Source of the DNA: a virus
Strand: one strand, 5' to 3'
Length of the DNA: 64,000 bases
IMG/VR virus record: IMGVR_UViG_3300001688_000214
Of this stretch, positions 33,772 to 47,624 are shown one piece after another. A program made the position numbers and the translations under genes. The notes beneath the pieces were generated by a model. That model did not search any database. It was not told where the DNA came from and saw only the letters and a list, made by a program, of their open reading frames with translations. Positions within the stretch are counted from its first letter, which is position 1, and every line of letters starts with the position of its first letter.

Positions 33772-34359
33772 TTATATGGATATTCTTGGTATGATACTGG
33801 GTTCAAAATCCATCTTTGTAGGATGGAAGGAACTATGTTGTAGTATTCCCGTAAAATCTCTTGTATTAAACCCTGCTGTAGGGTCATAAGTTCTAAAGAA
33901 TCTCTTTCTAATTCCGTACTTCTAACATAAGTATTTCAATAAATATTGAATTGCCTCATGCTGTTCAGGAGTGATACTATGGAAATGTGTGCATCCTCTC
34001 CATGGTTCGGTAACAATTATTCTGTTCTCAGGTATAACTTTGTTAGTCCAAGAACGCCATTTGCCTTGAACATACTTAAGAGACAAAAAGTTAACTATCT
34101 CTATTCCAAACGAAGTTTGACTTATTGTGCGGAAATTACCTCCAGCATGATAAGCAAAAAACTTCTAAGGGAATAATTGATATATCTTGCCATCTTCTCC
34201 TATTACAAAGTGAACAGCAACACCTTTGCCTGCCTGACCATTTAACCACGCAATAGCACCTTCCGCAGTTCCACCATAAGTGCCGTGGAGAACAATTTTT
34301 GATTTGCTTGTCTAAGTATTAATGTAATTGTTGAAATTTTTAACTTGTATTATATCCAT
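33772..34359 (-). CDS. N-acetylmuramoyl-L-alanine amidase (endolysin), TAG-recoded
   Basis: IVLHGT, VHFVIG.DG.IYQL, AYHAG, SFGIEIVN, QHS...K.D. Confidence 0.85.
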
Positions 34360-34402
34360 TCATGTAATCTCCTTAAAGCTGTTAACCTTATAATGGATTT
34401 AA

Positions 34403-35569
34403 TCATTTATTTTTTAAAGATTTCCAAAACTTATCACTAGCTTCCTGTTCAGCTTTCTTTCTCTGTGCAGATAACTTTTGATATGCATCAGATTTTTTCT
34501 GGGTGTATCCACCAGGCATCTTCTGTATCTCATCATACATTTTATCGTATTTATCCCAAATAGGTCTCATATATTTTTTGTATTCTTCATGATTTTTACG
34601 ATCTTGATCAGTAATTTCATCTTCTTTAGGCTTGTTATTCATGGCGTACTATTCGGCTTCATCTGCAATTTCTGATAATTTTGATTGAAGCTATTCGTAT
34701 TCTGGAGGAAGCTTTTTACCATTTTCTGCGTGGGTGTAGTCCCCGTGTGGAGATACCAGGTTTCCTATATCATGATAAGTTATTCCTTTATACTGTTTTT
34801 TGTCAAAGGATTTATTCATTATTTTTTTCATTAAGTCCCCAACTTCATCCTAGTGTTGCATCCAAACCTAATCAAATCCCTACTGTCCTCCACCTCCGCC
34901 ATATTGTTTCATTACATTTTTAACTGCTCTTACAGCCTGTCCATGACTTTTTGGTTCTTCGTGACTCTCATAAGGATTATCTGGTACACGATTAGGATTT
35001 TTCTTATTCTAATCAGACCATTTGTTTCTGTTAGCTAATGTTTGTTTCTTTAAATAATTAGCCTACTATTTGTCTTTTACAGTGTATGCGTGAACGTCCC
35101 CATGTGATGATGAAGCATAAAATTTAGTGCCCTAAGGAGTATCTTTGTATTTAGATAATCCTATTAGTTTATTTCTTGCACGAGAAGTTTCGTATTTATT
35201 CTTCATATATGCATCTTGCTAAGGTCCAGGTTCAGAAGGCATAGATTTTTTAGCCTTAGTTGGTGCATCAGATTTACCTATAGAACTCATATTTACAATA
35301 TCGTCATTTGAAGGCTTTTGTTTAACTGCCTTAAATTTAGGCTTCTAAGATGATTCTGGACTACCGCCAGTAGGTTTAGTACCTGGTTTAGCTATATCGT
35401 ATTTAGCCTTATTAGCATTGTAATAGTCCTTGGATACTTCATATGAATTACCAGTATCTTTGTTTGTTACTATCACCTTATCATTTAATTCATTAAGTAA
35501 TTTCTTAGAGATATTTTCAGATAATAAGATCTGAATATCCCTTAATAATGTTAAATTAGATTTTTTCAT
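34403..35569 (-). CDS. hypothetical 388-aa protein (TAG-recoded), possibly virion-internal
   Basis: joins ORF-track fragments 35345 and 34403 with only TAG between. Confidence 0.65.
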
Positions 35570-35849
35570 TATTTTTATCCTTTATATTAGTAATTGTGGG
35601 TTTTTTCTATTTTACAACCCTTTTTTCCTTAATTGTCTATTTCTTAATTTCAACCTTTTTCTATATAATAGAATCTTTCTAAGTTGGAATTACAGAAATC
35701 TATTCCTTCTAAGATTTATAAAAGTTCCAAGTTATTCTCAGACCTTTATTTTCAACTTTTACGTGATCATACTAATTCAATAAATGCTTAATTTCCTAAT
35801 AAACTAAGGACTTAGATGGCAATTGAGTGTTTAAGAATATTTCTTTCAT
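35556..35849 (-). CDS. hypothetical protein (TAG-recoded)
   Basis: only TAG interruptions. Confidence 0.45.
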
Positions 35850-35850
35850 A

Positions 35851-36507
35851 TTATTTGTTCCTCTCTATAGTTTTTTCTATCTATTTAGACAACTAAAGAA
35901 TAGTCTATTTCAAGCCTACTTTAGGTTTTGTCTATACTAATTTCTGTACCTTCTACTAAATGGACTCATTTATTTTTCCATCGTTCCAAAAGGTTGCTCC
36001 AGGAGTGGAGGGCTACACAACTAAGTCCCAACCGATTAATTCAAAATCGTCCTGTACTTCGTCACCTTTATCCGTTCTACGTAAAGAACCTAATCCTCTA
36101 CTAGAAATAGACAGAGATCCCTTGTTCTTTAAGACAATGTTTTTAAGATCCTAACCAATTCTATTAGATAGAATCTATATAGTTCCTATTAACTAATCTC
36201 CCACCCATTTTAATTCTTTAACCAATAACGCTACATTTCTTAGGGAAATTTGATCACTTTCAGGATGGTCACACTACCCATAACTGGTGTTAGTTTTGAT
36301 TTTATTCATGTATTTCAGGACTTCTCTTTCTAACAGATGTTTTGGATAAATTCTATCGTTTCCGTTTTTCTTATTGGCGTATTGCATTCTGCCAGTTAAA
36401 AGCAAAGTTCCATTTTCATATTTTATTGATTCCTATAGTATTTCCGACTATCCCAATCTAAATGGGAAAGTTTCAACTAATAGCATCTTTGTTCCGTATT
36501 TAGTCAT
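35851..36507 (-). CDS. prohead protease (gp21-like), TAG-recoded
   Basis: KNGNDRIYP, G[E]CDHP, ISSRGLGS, DDFELIGWDLVV[E]PSTPGA. Confidence 0.9.
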
Positions 36508-36526
36508 TTATAATTCTCCAATTTCT

Positions 36527-36859
36527 TTACATACAAGGGAATAAATCTATTCCAGCACCATATTGATGCATTCTAATAATGGTTAAGCTTATTGAAACCA
36601 ACCAACCTAACAATCCTGCTATGATATCTTTATAATCAAACTGTCCACCCACGACCCCCTTATCTATATACTATTTAAATATTGATATACCCATCATAAC
36701 CGTGAATGAAGAAGTTATTACGAAACATTGGGTTGGATCAGACCAAAACAAAGTGTAAAATCTAGTAAATAATGAAATATAGAAGAAATGTAGTTGCTTG
36801 TCTCTGTTCTTATTAATCAGTTTGATAAGCTTAATGATATATGATTTTAACGATGACAT
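36527..36859 (-). CDS. membrane protein (DK.LHF...K[E]..D...DI.A type)
   Basis: motifs and hydrophobic segments. Confidence 0.55.
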
Positions 36860-37503
36860 ATCAATTCTCCATTTCTTTTCAAGATAGAGGCAAATGTTAT
36901 AAATTCTCTTGTTAATGTCTGTACCCAATCTTCAGTCTTTATTAGAAATCTAGAATTCTTATCATTAATAGGATCGTCATATATTTCTATTATAGCTTTC
37001 CTGTATGCCTAACATACAGGACGTTGCATATCGTACCAAATTTTGGCATTCTATTCAGATATGAACTTACCTAGGTATTCTAAAGAAACATCCCTTGTAA
37101 GATCTAATCTTGCTATTAATTGCTATTTTACTTGATTGCCAAAGCCTTCATCCAAAACAGAATTAGAAAAATCTATTATATTCTAAGTAGAATTGGTCAA
37201 CACTTTACTCATAATGCTGTTACCGCAATATTCTATTGCATGTTTAGTTATCTATCTAATCCTTTCTGCCACAGTTTTGTTTTGAAGAAGTTTGCTTAGT
37301 TTCTTCTATTGCTAATTAATATTGGTTAATATGACTCGCGTATTGTTCTAAGTTTTGGTTTCAAATACATCAAAACGATCCTTCAATATATTCAAATTCT
37401 TCATGTAGAACCTTCTATTGATTAATATTAACAGAGTTACTAAACTGGGAAAGACCAACATTACTATTTCTAATATTTTATAATATAAATCACCATTTCC
37501 CAT
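36847..37503 (-). CDS. N-terminally membrane-anchored protein (TAG-recoded)
   Basis: FPSLVTLLILINRRFY. Confidence 0.55.
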
Positions 37504-37505
37504 TA

Positions 37506-38153
37506 TCATAATTCCTTTGCTTGTTCTGTGAACGCTGCATAATAAAGAACAAACTACTTTACTACGGTGTGAGCGAAATCTAGAGACTTTACTAAGAATC
37601 TATTGTTTTTACTATTGACTTTATCAGAGTATATCTAGAGTATGTCAGCTTTATACTTGCTAACGCTACCCTTTACCAAAGCCACCCACTAATTATATCT
37701 TTCTTCATTCAATTGAGCCATTCCATAAATATTGGTGTTGTCTCTGGCCAATTCGAATTTAGAAAGTAATTGTTCTCTTCCGATGTTCTAAAAGCCAATA
37801 TCTAACACCTATCTAACAAAAATAACGAAATCTTCAGTAAATTTGGTTAATAACTTACATGTCATTTCATCTTTAGTGATCTCTAACGCATGTTTTGTTA
37901 TCTATCTTATTTTCTGTCCAGCCTATTTTACCTATAAAAAAGACATTAAGGCTTTATTGTGTATATTCAATTCATTATGGATCAATTTCAAATTCTATTC
38001 ATTGGAATTTGCCATAATGTCAAGTTTCTATGTTATATTGTCAATGGTATGCTTATAGAACTTCTTTTTCAATAGTGTAAGAATAGTTATAACTGAAGGA
38101 ATTAATACTGCCGAAGATTCTATTATCAATTTTATTATTGTTTCTGTTGTCAA
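37506..38153 (-). CDS. N-terminally membrane-anchored protein, paralog of neighbour
   Basis: IPSVITILTLLKKKFY; similar length. Confidence 0.55.
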
Positions 38154-38473
38154 TTTCCATATCTTCCTACATTCTAAATTATAGCCTTCTTCACTGCGTC
38201 TTGAGGAGATTTTCCCTAATTGATGTGAGAAAAGGCACATCTTAAACAAGGTTTCAGATCCAAATCACTTAAATCTATTCCCTTAATTTCCACATTAAAA
38301 ATACCTTGTATGATATTCTGTTTGAGTTTACCCTTAGCCGTTGGATCTAACTACATAAATTGCTACGATATAATTTTCTTTCCATCTCTAAGCATTAAAT
38401 CTCTAAACTGTCTACGTTTTGGTCCAAATGCATTTGGGGATGGAAATACCTAAAAGTTAGCACCAGTGTTCAT
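38150..38473 (-). CDS. hypothetical protein (TAG-recoded)
   Basis: coupled both ends. Confidence 0.5.
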
Positions 38474-39291
38474 ACCAGTAAGCTTTCAATCTGATATAGG
38501 TTCAATAAGGAATACGCTTTGTCTTCAGTATTCTTTATCTTCTTAATCTTATCCATGTTTTCAATCACGGATTTCAACTAATCACTAATTTCTGTATTAT
38601 CTTTAAGCTTTGCTTCTAATAGAGTAATCTACTTATTCATATATTCATGTAATTCATTACTGGACATTGAATAAGTATATTTCTTTAAAAGCTATCTCTG
38701 TTTGGGATTTAATGTCTTATATTTCTCATTAAACTTCTATATAAATAGCTATAAAGTTTTTTCCTTAATCTATTTAGATTGTTGTTTGAATAGCTATAAT
38801 TCTTCATCGATTATTTGCTATCTAAGAGGTTTCAACATAAACTCAATAATCCTGTATTTGGATTCTACTATAGAAATAGGATTGTATTGTCTTTCCTTCA
38901 GGCTTTCAAATACCTTGTATATGCTAGCATAGATCTTATAATTATCAACCTTAATAGACATGATGTCCTTCAAGTCATAGTGCTTTTTGATCTATCTAAT
39001 ACACTAGAATTTCTACTTATTTAGTCTGATTTCATCTAACTTCATTCTCTGTTGAATCATCTCTTCGAATAAATCTGCAGCCTTGGATTCATTGTCGTAT
39101 CTAGTATTTACTAATGTATTATAGATTGACAATTCCTTGCTTAACTATTTACTCTTTCTAAAATAAGTCTAAAAGATTTGATGTGATCTAGATTTCTAGC
39201 CATTAATTGACTACTAAATCATCTTACGGACAAGAATCTAATATAGAATTCCTGTGTTCTTGATTTTGTTATGTTTAATCCTTTCTAACAT
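38470..39291 (-). CDS. conserved portal-adjacent protein (TAG-recoded)
   Basis: IKHNKIKNTGILY[E]ILVR. Confidence 0.7.
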
Positions 39292-39306
39292 AATTTCCTT
39301 GTTTCC

Positions 39307-40869
39307 TTATTTATCTAGATTTAATGGGGTATTACCCTAAAAGTTATTAGTTAATGGCTAATACTATGTGTCCATATCTGTTTGTTCCTGAACTTGTTGC
39401 TATAACTATCCGGGTGCTTCTTGTTCCTAATTAGCTGGTTCCATTCCTGAGGTATCTTCGCCCCCACCCTGTTCAATTGCTGCTAATTGAGCTTTAAATT
39501 TAGTATCTTCAACCACTTTAACCAACAACTACTTAGCCTATTCAGCATTAATGTCGTAAATGTTTTTATAAATGTACTATAGTGAAAAATGCTTAGATTC
39601 TTCCATCTTAGTTGCTACATCAACTTTCTTATCCCATAATTCCATCTATTGAATCTTTTTGACACTGGAAGGATTATTAAAGGATAGTTTGAAATTGATA
39701 TTATTAACATCGGTATAGCCTAATATGAATAAATGTATCAAAGCTACACGATAAAGCTAGCTTAAAAACAAATTTTGAAGGTCTTCAATCAATCTTGCAA
39801 AGATGATATCTAAACTTGCTAAAGTTGCTTTAGATTCAATTCCCTATTCAAATGTTAAGAATGCCTTAGGAATTTTCAGTGCTGCCATCATATAAGACTT
39901 AATAAAGTTAATGTCCTATATGAAACTATTCTACATTCCAGCCAGAGTTTCTATGGATGATCCATCCTATTTACCTCTAACGGGGATAAAGAAGTCTTCT
40001 AATAGATTTTGAATGTTATACTTAAGGTTGACCTATCCAGTCTGAGGATCCTTATAGGGGATCTTCTTCATCTTCTGGATAACATCATTCATGAATGGTC
40101 CAACTTCCTAGTTATCTAGATCGCCTACGTCTACTTTAAATACACGTCTCTATGGTGCTCTCATGATTCTTTGAATCATCATAGCATCAACCATAAGGGA
40201 GAAGTTCTTCCATATCCTTCTAGCTGGTTCCAATACGGAACGACCATATGGTAAGAAGTTGGGATCCTTCAATAATCTGAAATGACCTACGTTGTAATTG
40301 TCTATTAATTGATCATTACCTGCTACAAATCTAAAGTAATAGGTATCAGGATTCCTTTCGTCATCTTCTATTCTCTACATATCATAAGCAGATATGGGCT
40401 AAGCACCTATAATGCCTAATTCATCATCTAGTCTTAATGCTAGGAAGAAATCGCCATACTTAACAAAACTTCTGAACCATACAGAAAAGTTGAACTAACA
40501 ACTTAATCTCTAATAGAATAATTCTCTTAATGTCTATTCTATTTCAGCATCATTAGATTTGATCTTAATGATGTCCCCATATTCATCTTTGGTTAATGCC
40601 TAGAAGGTGTAAATATCTAATGCAGAACTCAATATGGGGTCAGAATCCATCATATCGTAATCACGATATAACGCCAATCTATTTATTGAATAGTTCTGAG
40701 CTAATGTTGATTGGTAATATTGATTTCTATGTAATTTACTAAAAAAGGTATTTCTCTTGGAATAAGCCTGAGTTCTTTGAGTATCTATTATCTTAATAGA
40801 ATCGTTTTTGACATCCGATACTATTAATCCTGTAGAGAACACCCTCTTTAATGCGGTAAATATATCCAT
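39307..40869 (-). CDS. portal protein (gp20-like), TAG-recoded, 520 aa
   Basis: MDSDPILSSALDIY, KYGDFF, PYGRSVLE, RAP[E]RRVFKVDVG, EDFFIPVRG. Confidence 0.93.
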
Positions 40870-42518
40870 TATTCATCCTTTGTTCTTTTACTGAAGTAAA
40901 AGTCGTTTAAATCTATCGTTTCAGAACCAATGTCTATGATGCCCTGATTGAGTCTATCTAGATTATTATGCGAATTGAAAAAACCAGAGGAAACTGTATT
41001 TTCTTGTTGATGTTTTAAATTCAATCCGCTATCTATACTTGCTAATCTCGATTTAGCAAATGCCCTTGCTTCCTTTCTAATTATGTATGCGGTATTTCTT
41101 ACCCATATTCCAATTGCCAAAGCCATAACAAGGTCATCATTATAACTTCTCATAGCCTGTTGTTTGCCATTCAACCAAATGAATGTCCAAAACTAATTTA
41201 ATAACCTCTTAGAATGGATTATAAATTCACGATTTTCTATGATTGTGATCATTCTTTCTATAATTAATGGTCTAGTTCTTGAAGAAGTTGTAAATCCAAT
41301 AATGTCTCTCTGTTTCTCCAAAACTTTACTCTGTCTAATCTTAGAATGTAGCTCAGGATCTATGTATTTATAGTCCTTTTTGTGGTAATAGACATTTTTG
41401 TATCCTAGATTTATAATTTCTTGAAGTACAGCCCATCCAATACTTGCGTTTTCCACAATTACTAATGCATCATTATACATTTTTGCAGTTCTAACTATTA
41501 ACTGACCAAATTCGGTGGTAGGAATCTTGCCTTTGAATTCAGCTACTTGTTCGTTTTTCTAAATTGATAAAATTTGAAATGCTGAAAAGTCAGAACCATC
41601 ACCTCTAGCAACGTCTGCTGATAATATGTAGTTTTCCTATTTCTAAGGAAATCTCCACACCCACAATTCATCATGGTGCATCTTCTAAATTGGTTCGCTA
41701 ATACATTCTTTATCTAAAGCCTATAAGACTTCATTAGAGATGACGTTATCGCCAGATGATGCAAATTGACAATCGCACTATCTTGCTGCCTATTTCTATC
41801 CTAACTATTTAGTTTGGGCATCTCTCCATGCTTGATCTCTCTAGGGGTGCAAATGCCATGGTAACTTAATAGTATTAAATCTGTTATTACCCTATTCAGC
41901 TTCAGACCAAAGTCTGTGGAAGGTATTACCCACGCCACGAGGAGTTGAAAGTACGATACAGTTACCTCCCGTTGATAAAGTAGGCATTGCTGCAGTCCAA
42001 ATTTGATGGGCTAAAGTCTAATTTAAAACTGCTGCCTCGTCAAACACTAATAGGGATAATGCCTAAGATACTCCCGCATTTGGTGTTGCTGATGCAGCCT
42101 TTACTACTGAGTTATTCTTGAATTGCAATGATTGCTTGTTGTTAGTTACTATCTATTCTTTTAACCAATTAGGAAGACCATCGTACATAGTCTTTATCTT
42201 CTTGATTAAGTTCATTGCAACCTCTTGTGTGTTAGCTATGATTAAAACAGTCTTATTACTGTTGAAATTAAGCATCCATAGAATGTATCCAGCACATAAG
42301 GTGGATATTCCCATTTGCCTTGATTTTAATATGATATTCCATTCATGATCAACGAACTATTGTATAGTATTTTCCTGAAATTTATAAAGATCAAAGGGTA
42401 CTAAACCACGTACAGGATGCTGCACCTTCGCATACTTCTTAAGAAAGTATACTGGGGACGCTACACATCGTTTAAACTACTACTTTATTGCTTCTTTTAT
42501 CTATTGAGTCTAGCTCAT
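40869..42518 (-). CDS. terminase large subunit, TAG-recoded, 549 aa
   Basis: KSRQMGIST, LVFDEAA, LSTPRG, ADVARGDGSDFS, VENASIG, DDLVMA. Confidence 0.95.
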
Positions 42519-42789
42519 TTTTTGTTATATTCCTTCCTAATCCTTTATATCATTTACATCTAAAGTGTGTGGATCTTGGTATTCTGGGTCTTGATCATAA
42601 TGCGACTTTCTTCTGCTGAATTTCTAACCGATGTTTCCACCAGTGTAAATTCCAAAGGATCCCATAGCCAGCCAGCTCCATTCTTTAAATAACTATAAAA
42701 ACATACTGTCATGAAACTTCAATATCATTGGGATGAATCCCAAAGTTAGTATTAATAATGTTAAAAACAACTTTCTACTGTTGTATTTA

Positions 42790-43440
42790 TTACTCTAAGT
42801 TTTCTACGGGTTCTGCCTCCCCTTGTAGTGTTTTTTGTTTTTCAACATTACTCAATTTCTCCTGAAAATACTATATAGCCTTATCTTTGTATTGCTTGAT
42901 CTAATTAATAGTCTGTTCTAACATATTGTTAAATTTCTAAACGTCTTCAACATTCCATGTTTCAGTCTATCCCTATGCGTTAATGACCACTTCTTTGTTA
43001 ACCTCGAGCATTGCACCTTCATAGAATTCAATTGCAAGATTGCAAGTATTAACAAGATTATCCCGCATAAAGTTCCAGACGTATGCTTCCCATGTTCCAT
43101 TCTATCTCATCTAATTCTATAATTTCATGGAGCAGTCGAAGCATCTCTTATGAATATTCCAAAAGAATGAATCGTATTGCTTTTTACCCATGATTCTACC
43201 ACATTGTGGGCAGAAATTAGGCATAAGACCATACTTTTCTTTTGAAAGTTGATAAACTCTCTTGTTATTATCAAGAGTGTATAATTCGCCATTCTAATCC
43301 ATATGTAACTTGTTTTTTGGTTTAATGTGAAAATCTTTGAGTGTGAATATCTTGTTTTCGAACTAAATTAACTATTCGTTACCGTCCGATATGATATTCT
43401 TTAGATTTTCAAGTGTATACTTTATTCTGTTCTATGACAA
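42790..43440 (-). CDS. Zn-finger protein upstream of terminase (TAG-recoded)
   Basis: FCPQCGRIM...CFDC. Confidence 0.6.
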
Positions 43441-43734
43441 AATTACTCCTAAACATTAGTTAATTTGTATCTGATGTATTTTTCTGGCACCTAAACAGAT
43501 GGAGAAGAAACTCCCCTTCTAGGGGTTACAGTTACCATTCCATTTTTAATCGAAGTTACGTATAATACGTTCATAGTCTTTTTCATTAAAGCTAGGATAT
43601 CCTTAGCGTTAAATAATCCCTGAATTTTAGTTCCCTAAATTTCGATGTAATCCCCAACCTTTATACCTGTAGGCGGATTCTTTTTTGCTATTTCCTATAA
43701 GTGTGTTTTAGACATGTATGTTATTCTCCCTTTG

Positions 43735-44397
43735 TTATTTCCATTCAAGGAATTTTATTCCTAATCCGAAGTATAACCCTTGTAATTCAGCTCCAACATC
43801 AAATTTATATCTTTCACCAATTATTAGGGATACCCCTAAAGCAGGTGTAAAATCGTAGTCATTATTAATTACGTTACTATTAGTAGGATCTGAACTTTTT
43901 CTTGTGTTTAACCAAGCATTTCCGTAAAATTGCATTTTGCTTGTTAAGTATTCAGGTCTAATCTAGATTGGTCCCGGTTTATACACAAAATCTCTGATTC
44001 GTAAATTCTATTTATACACTAAGTAAGTTGTATTGAAAGTCGTATCCGCATATGCCTTAATCTAATCCTATGTGTCTACCTTAAAGGATATTAGGTCGTT
44101 TGATACTATCCCATTATCTTTAAAAAAGTCAGCATAAACATATTGATTGGTCATCGTAGTGTCAACAAGTGCATAAACATATATAGGTTTGTCTTTAAAG
44201 ACTACTTGAGTTACGTATTTAATGATGGGTTTCTAAATGGTCACAGTATTAGTTTTCCACTAGGTTATCGTTACTGTTTCACCAGGCTCTGTTATTATAA
44301 TAGGTTTAAATGTAGATTTACACCAAAACCACCCTATAAGCATTCCTCCAAAAAACAGTATTGCAAATAAAGCTAAAGGAATCCAAATGTTTTTCAT
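43735..44397 (-). CDS. membrane-anchored protein, possible spanin-like lysis protein
   Basis: N-terminal TM, beta-rich C-terminus ending YFGLGIKFLEWK. Confidence 0.5.
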
Positions 44398-44403
44398 GTT
44401 TCC

Positions 44404-45297
44404 TTAGATTCTATTGAATTTCTCTACAACTTTCCCATCGGGATACCCTATAAATATTAACTTATAATCGATTCCATAGGGTGCATCGGTGTTGAGGAAA
44501 AATAGACTGTATTGATTAATTTGCATATGTACTATATCGGCAACATTTTCTGCATCTCGACCATTACCAGAAGTTACAACATATCGTACACCAGTAAATG
44601 GATACCTTTTATTTGGAGTTGTATCGATTCTTATTCCTGCCTTAGATGCATACTTAGTAAAGGTACTTATTTGGGTTTGATTAAGAGGAGTAGCAGGTAA
44701 TATTGTCAATTTCTAATTCATAGAAGATTCTAGACTCTTTTTAACTTTATTTGTTACCATTATTTGCCATTGATGAGCATGTGGATTTTGATGGAATGTG
44801 TTTTCTTTCAGTACTTCACCACTTAATATGGAGGATTTGTACTAATCCAACAAGTCAATCAATAGCTATTCATTAGGTCGTTTCATCTAATTTAGAATAG
44901 TTCCCTACTTCATCTTGGACTATTGTCTAACCAAGTATAAGGATTTTCTAAATAAGTTGACTATATCAAACAGAATATCGCTGATAGGCTAGATATTATT
45001 CTATAATTGACCATTTAAAAATGTTGATACTTCCTCATAGAATTGAGCACATTTTTCTAAGTACTACTAAGGGTTGGTAGCATTTATGTTGTCAATCTTA
45101 ATTTGACCTGCACCCACACCGATTATCTTGTTTATGGAGCCCATCATTACCTACATTAGCTAATCGTTTTCCTAATCAAAATCTTCGTAGAGTTTACCAA
45201 AAAGTTCGTGTTGGGCATTATCCTTTGTTTGCCAATGAAAGGCTTTTAACTGGGCTATTATCTATAATCCCTTTACTAAAATGTCTTTGTATTTCAT
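44404..45297 (-). CDS. Dps/ferritin-like domain with C-terminal extension (TAG-recoded)
   Basis: QLKAFHWQT...HELFGKLYE...D[E]LM[E]VMMG; frame open to 44404. Confidence 0.7.
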
Positions 45298-45303
45298 ATG
45301 TAA

Positions 45304-45501
45304 TTATATCTTTTTTTTAAGCTTAATGAAGGCATCATTAACCTTTCGAATTAAAGTGTGGATCCTATTTCTGTTATTAGGAGTTTGATACGTCAATAGC
45401 ATTCTTTGCATCTAAGCGATTGCATTTTCAAGTGCAACCATTTCTAAAATTTCTAAATCTGTTGACTATTGCAATAATAGCGATTTTAATGTTTGTTTCA
45501 T
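45304..45501 (-). CDS. hypothetical protein
   Basis: MKQTLKSLLLQ[E]. Confidence 0.5.
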
Positions 45502-45502
45502 A

Positions 45503-45829
45503 TTAATTGTCCTTTATGATCTTTGCAAATTTAATCCAGTTGTCAGGTAACACTAGATCTCCGCTTTTAGGTTTAGATGTCTTTTTGATGTAATTTTGAC
45601 TTATATGGATATAATGGTTATCAAATTTAGCATAAACCCCATCTCCATACATGAAAGCCATTAAGAACTTCTTATATGCTTCCTTATCATCTCTAAAAAC
45701 GAACTAAAATCTAAAGTCTACTAATGTATCCTTAAATTTCGTTTCAGCTGAATGTATTGAGTCAAATCCTGTTTGAGGTATTTCACTTATTAAGGATGTC
45801 TTCCCTTCCAACAGTGATTTTATCTTCAT
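45503..45829 (-). CDS. hypothetical protein
   Basis: MKIKSLLEG. Confidence 0.5.
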
Positions 45830-46038
45830 CTATAATCCTTGCTCCATTCAGCTATTTCTCTCATGAATACCTATAGCTAATCGTCTCCCATCTTCTTGAA
45901 GGCTACTCTCCACATAGCTATGGTCTTATCAAACAGATACTTAGCATTCTTATAATTTAGAATCTAACTAGAATTGTATTTCTAATCAATTCTTTTCTAT
46001 TCAGTTACTCTCTTAAATCTAATACCTTTATCGTTCAT
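45826..46038 (-). CDS. hypothetical protein (TAG-recoded)
   Basis: coupled ORF. Confidence 0.45.
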
Positions 46039-46039
46039 A

Positions 46040-46462
46040 TTACACCTTCGTTTTAGCTAAGTTTTCTAAATTAGAAAACACGTTATTTAGATATTTAACA
46101 GCACTTTCACGATCCTTATCCCACACGATAAACTGCATCTTACCATTGATGAATCTAGTATTGTTTTCTAAATTAGTGTCACCACTAGCCTTGTATTTAT
46201 CTAATATCTTGTTAATAAATCCAGCTCTAAGATTGCCTAAGCTACTGGAATCGTTGGTAGAAACAGAAAGAGTCACTTCTATTCTATATTTACCCTATTC
46301 AATTCCGCTTTCGTGAGCAAGCATCGTTATAGCATACTTTTTAGGTATGATAATGAATTCTGTTCGAACTAATATAGCTTTCTTAGCCTAAAACAGGTTG
46401 TATTTCTTTTTTTGATGCTCTTTAAGTAGGTTAAAAAGCAATACCTTTGAATTGATATCCAT
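46040..46462 (-). CDS. hypothetical protein (TAG-recoded)
   Basis: AGGAG RBS; extends 46040 ORF upstream. Confidence 0.5.
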
Positions 46463-46526
46463 CTATTAATTCTCCTAATAATTAACTCTCTAATTAATTA
46501 CTAACTAGAGCCATAAAATCAAATAT

Positions 46527-47072
46527 TTATTTTTGTAGAATTGATGGATCCCCATCATTCTAGAGGTTCTACATTATCTTCTGTAGTATGACTGCCTATG
46601 GGAAACTGTTTATCTAGTTCTACCATAGATAAAAGACTTTAAACCCTCGTTTATTAGCCTCTAATTTCTTCTTTAAATCTCTCTTCCAAACATTCATGAC
46701 AAGAGTTTTCTTTTGACCTGGAAATTTGATCATTTCGGTGGACTTGTATGTGTCTGGATTACAGTGCCAGAAGTCCCCATTCACCTATAACAGGGTATTT
46801 CCAATTTTAACATCAAAATAATACCTTCCCACTTGATATTGTGTCTAATGGGGTATTCCTGCCTTTAGCAATAACTTAACTACTCTAGTCTATAAGTTAG
46901 AAACATTGGGCTTAAAGTTCTTTCTATATGTACCTAATCTCTTCTTCTTAGCAATAGTTTTTGCTCTGTTTATCCTTCTAGACTTTGCAGAGCATTGAGA
47001 ATCGCAAAACCTTCCACTTCCATATTTACCATCATGTGGTCTGTGACACATCTAACATAGTTTAACACTCAT
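46527..47072 (-). CDS. Vsr/DUF559-like endonuclease (TAG-recoded)
   Basis: GSGRFCDSQC, YFDVKI, LL[E]VNGDFWH, RD..K, YLW[E]N[E]I. Confidence 0.8.
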
Positions 47073-47078
47073 ATAGCA

Positions 47079-47228
47079 TTAATCGAATGAAGACATAAAG
47101 AGTAACAACATACTAGTTATATTTCTATCACGACCCTTTAACTAGAATACTAAGTGTGGTTCTTTGTTCTCTTCTAGAATAATATTAGCTAATTTAATCC
47201 TAGACTAATTCAGTTTAATAAGTTTCAT
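47079..47228 (-). CDS. small hypothetical protein
   Basis: MKLIKLN[E]SRIKLANIILEE. Confidence 0.4.
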
Positions 47229-47240
47229 TCTACCTATTCC

Positions 47241-47624
47241 TTATGTTTTTGCCAACCTTTTCGAGGTCTCTAATGCTTGCTAAACCACCTTTAACAACTA
47301 TAAAAATACCTTGTAAGCTTTATTAGCCTAAGAATCTTGCAATCCTTTTTTCTCTAAAATAACAACGATTCTGGATCCTCTCAACCCAAACTCCTTTAGC
47401 TTAAACTGAGAATCTAAATTTTTTTGTAGTATTGCCCCTATTGATCTCTTAGTGATGTAAGAAGTAGCGTATTTAGCCAATTTTATCTAATCGAATTTAA
47501 AATGTAAATCTAATTGATTCTATCCTATTTGAAATACGTTTAACTAAGAATTCGCTAATCTTTCTTTTTTATTGAATGATCCCTACATAATTAATTGTTT
47601 CAATTTGATTCTTTTATCTTGCAT
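47241..47624 (-). CDS. hypothetical protein
   Basis: MQDKRIKLKQLIM[E]G. Confidence 0.5.
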
